A DNA stretch of 63,937 bases, the filler included, from Perkinsus olseni (lineage: Eukaryota), in assembly GCA_013115125.1 (NCBI GenBank). It is 57 parts of 57 records of this genome, joined end to end, with 100 filler letters (N's around TTAATTAATTAA, not from the genome) between each part and the next. Parts side by side here need not be neighbours in the genome. Positions count along the whole stretch, not along the records: positions 59,626 to 60,629 come from JABANN010002211.1; positions 60,730 to 61,732 come from JABANN010002212.1; positions 61,833 to 62,835 come from JABANN010002213.1; positions 62,936 to 63,937 come from JABANN010002214.1; 53 more parts are not named here. One strand, written 5' to 3'. The notes under the pieces were generated by a model. The model had not been told where the DNA came from. It did no database searches and was given only the letters and a program-made list of their open reading frames with translations. Of the stretch, positions 60,537 through 63,937 are shown piece after piece (position 1 is the stretch's first letter; each line of letters starts with the position of its first letter). A program made the position numbers and the translations under genes.

Positions 60537-61659
60537 GGTAAGTGCTGCAGTTTTATTGTTGCGACACGGCTCTTTGCCCGCTGGACGCCCCGGATGTTGC
60601 GATCGACGACGGGCTTTCGTGCAACCCAANNNNNNNNNNNNNNNNNNNNNNNNNNNNNNNNNNNNNNNNNNNNTTAATTAATTAANNNNNNNNNNNNNNN
60701 NNNNNNNNNNNNNNNNNNNNNNNNNNNNNTTATGTTACTTCTGAAGATTAGCGTTTGTCGTTGCGTTGTAATTCGAGCTCTTCTTCGGAAAGGATGGCGT
60801 GTTGATGCACAAGAAGTTTCGCGTAGATCTTCGGCAGATGTTGCCTCTCAAGCTCTTCCTTTTTTCTTCCGAGCGGCAATAGGTAACGGGCCCTCACGAT
60901 TTGGACCATCGCGTTCCATTTCTACAGTAGATGTGTCACAATTCACCTCGTCGCGTGAGCGCTAACGTCACGAACGAACGAACGTCAGAACGATACCATC
61001 CAAATGATGGTGCTGATGTGGTTGATGAAACCGATGAATGTGAAGAAGTAAATCTAATTGGGCACTCCCGGGAGGAAAAGACGGAAAACGTTAGGCGGGA
61101 GTTTCTTCCTCGTCATCGCTCTCCACCACAGACATTGGTTGAGCCGAGTGGCAAGTCTTTTCTAACTTCGTAGTAGTTCTCTGACGGAGGCAGTGTTATC
61201 CGATGCCTTAGCAACCTTTGTCGTTCCCCAACGTCTAAAGATTAATCTACCTTGTGTACCGTTAGCTTTTAAACGAGACGATGGGAGCCAGGCGAGTTTC
61301 TTTTCGCTCTGGTGAATGGGTTGAGAGTATCCAGTGTCGGAACCCCGAAGCTCAGATAGTGGGAGTAGACACCCCGAGAACTCTCCATGGGCTAGAGTCT
61401 GTCATTCAGTTCTGTAACGATTTCGGTCTAGTTCCCGCGCTCATTGCTGTCGGTCGGGAGCTGATCTGTCCCCTATCCGAGAATGCAACATGTTCTGCCG
61501 AAGCGTACGTGATCGGGTGTGCTATCCCCACCCTCGCCTGCTACGCCAAGGTGAGAGGATCCGACGTCCCAGGACAGCGAGTAATACATGTTGGTGCAGC
61601 GACATCCGGGTCTGTACAACGGAGAGCCCTCAGGACAGCTGGCATTGCCCTAGAGCTCG

Positions 61660-61732
61660 TGTTAGTAGTAACACCCGCACTGGTTGACTCAACAACACCT
61701 GGGATGGACATAGGATTGAGTATAATGGGAAT
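61660..61732 (+). mobile_element. Second copy of the TG-initiated element terminus (see 20366-20459)
   Basis: One mismatch over 73 bp against 20366-20438. Confidence 0.7.
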
Positions 61733-62935
61733 NNNNNNNNNNNNNNNNNNNNNNNNNNNNNNNNNNNNNNNNNNNNTTAATTAATTAANNNNNNNNNNNN
61801 NNNNNNNNNNNNNNNNNNNNNNNNNNNNNNNNGAGACGTTTCGCGGTCGACTCTGGGCGGAAAGGGAGACGGAGTTTTTCGCTCTGTAATCGTTTTTTTT
61901 CGATTTTTCGCTGAATTTAGAAGCTGATGCATTTTTTCTGGGTGTTTTTAGGTCCAGAATATTAACTCATCAATAGCGAGCAGCGAAAGATCCTCTTCGG
62001 AGAGCGTAGGCCCGAAAGGTGGTACTGGGAGCTCACGGTGAATTGAGCGTGCGTTGAAATGAAGTTCGCGCGAAGCGCGTGGTTATCTTCGGGGTTCCGC
62101 ATGGGTTTTTGATCAACGAAACTTCGTCTATTTTTAACAATATTTGAGGTCTCATAGAGATTCGGTGTGATTGCTGGTAGTGACGAGATTACTAAAGCGA
62201 AAATGAAGGTATTCTACACGAGGAGAACTTGCTGTATAAAATTATGTGATTTTTGAACTCAATCAGCATTTTCCCGACGGCAGAATCGGCGCTTTTTTAA
62301 TTTGTTTTTTAACGTTTCAAACATGTCCATCAAAAAATAGCTGAAACGAAGCGTTTTACGAAGAGTTTTAGCGATCACTGAGGCTGGGTTTTCGGGGCAG
62401 TCAAGGATAATACGTACAGGTTGGCTTCTCTCTGATTTTGCCCGACATTCTTCCCTTCTTGCCAAAGACTTAGTCAAACTCGAAGTGATTTTCGTCGTAG
62501 AACTTGGACAGTTATTTTCGAATCTTTCAAGTAGTTTATGAGCCCGATAGATGTAGTGGGAGGTAGTACCGCTGATAGCCTATCCATTGGCATGCCCAAC
62601 GCGCTGGAAGCTGTCCTTTTGTGTGTTTTAATGCCAAATTTGTGGTATTCCATTTCTGCAGCTCATGAATGAAGAAACAATTTTTCATGTTATCAGTTGC
62701 TCGACAACTCGGAAGATATGCTCTTGGCTTCAACGATGACTTAGCGTGAGAAAACTCGCGCTGCCTGTTCGTCCTCAATCCGGCTGTTGGTAGTTACGGT
62801 ATTCCGTGCAAGGCTTCTGATGAATCTACCAAGCCNNNNNNNNNNNNNNNNNNNNNNNNNNNNNNNNNNNNNNNNNNNNTTAATTAATTAANNNNNNNNN
62901 NNNNNNNNNNNNNNNNNNNNNNNNNNNNNNNNNNN

Positions 62936-63937
62936 AGAGGGTTAGGTCTACGGACCTAGCCCAGGTATCCGTTACTTCCCATACACGTATGACCGTGTTC
63001 ACAAGGCTGAGAAGGCCAGGGGCCCTCAGAGCTATCGCCGAATCGTCAGCGTATATCACTGGTTTGACGATGATCCCGTGGCGTGGATCATTCAGGGCAA
63101 AAAGTTTCTCTCCTAGTTCGATAGTGCTGTAGCTATACAACCTTGGCGAGAGAATAGAGCCCTGTTGGATCCCCTTCACGGAGTACCGTCGGACCCCTCC
63201 TAAGCTCGACCATTGTCCACTGAGGAACGAGCGCACCAATTCCGCAAAACCACAGTTGGCTAAACGGCCAACAGCTGCACAAATTGAGTCGTGGCTGATG
63301 GAGTTAAACGCCGCCACCGCGTCAAACGCTGCGACGGCCCGCAGTCCTAGGCTCCCAGCATTGTCTTCTAGAGCACTTGAGAGATGCTTCCATGCTGTGT
63401 CGGTAGACCTATTGGATGCGAATCCATGCAGGAAGGGAGGGAGGGCGCCTATGGATCCCTCAAGCCGTCCGCTTATGACTGCTTCACAGACTTTCGCAAG
63501 TGTCAGCGAGAGCGACACGGGTCTAAATTTTGACCAACCCGTTCGGTTTCCTTTCTTCCTCAGCAGAATTACCTCAGCTCCCTGAAAGCACCTTGGGAAA
63601 TATTGGAAACGGAGGATCGCTGTCATGAGCAGGCGCAAAGCGGCAGCCCAGCGGCCGTTACATCTCCAAGCTACGTGGATGTGTTCGTACGCGACGTCGT
63701 CAGATCCAGATGCTCGGCCTTTGGGACGAGCAGCTATAGCACTTTCAAGCTCTTCTCGAGAGACTGGTCCTCCCATATCTTCAAGTGAGGCCCGAGTGCT
63801 GGGAATGTACACCCTAGGGGAGACGGTGTCTCCGAAGAATGTGGACGCTGCTTCTTCGGCGTCCACCGATTCTACGTTGACCGGTGCCTCTTCCAGAAGG
63901 GACTTCAGGGCTCGTGTGTCCCCAAGGCGGCTGACCC
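62936..63937 (-). mobile_element. Non-LTR (LINE-like) reverse transcriptase fragment
   Basis: Motifs ASGSDDV, FRPVSL, HGF..NRST, FDAVAAFNSISH, GIQQGSILSP and YADD. Confidence 0.93.

Overview
This window is not one locus. It is 57 short contigs (about 1052 bp shrinking steadily to about 1002 bp, so length-sorted) joined by 56 artificial 100-bp linkers (N44-TTAATTAATTAA-N44, stop codons in all six frames). Adjacency between contigs therefore means nothing biologically, and nearly every gene is truncated. The DNA is eukaryotic: it has short GT-AG introns of about 40-75 nt, eukaryotic tRNAs and many retroelements. Intron size, GKGKG-rich Gag, an 8-Cys secreted protein and a spliced-leader-like 22-mer suggest a Perkinsus-like alveolate (inference, not verified). 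Mobile elements: Ty3/Gypsy- and Bel/Pao-like LTR fragments, three DIRS/Ngaro-like tyrosine-recombinase (YR) retroelement fragments, two non-LTR fragments, two hAT transposases, one IS630/Tc1-mariner-type transposase and Helitron/Helentron-like ends. RNA genes: a five-gene tRNA-Thr tandem array and one tRNA-Leu. Host gene fragments: ABCB transporter, UNC-93-like MFS, FHA, GNAT, Cu/Zn-SOD fold, a mucin-like protein and a 144-aa repeat protein. Best leads: (1) LTR elements whose Gag carries CCCH rather than CCHC fingers; (2) splice-acceptor-like tracts between the RNase H and YR ORFs in all three YR retroelements; (3) a repeat protein with 15-aa aromatic periodicity; (4) a tRNA array with no Pol III terminator and one anticodon switch; (5) a SOD-fold protein missing most metal ligands.
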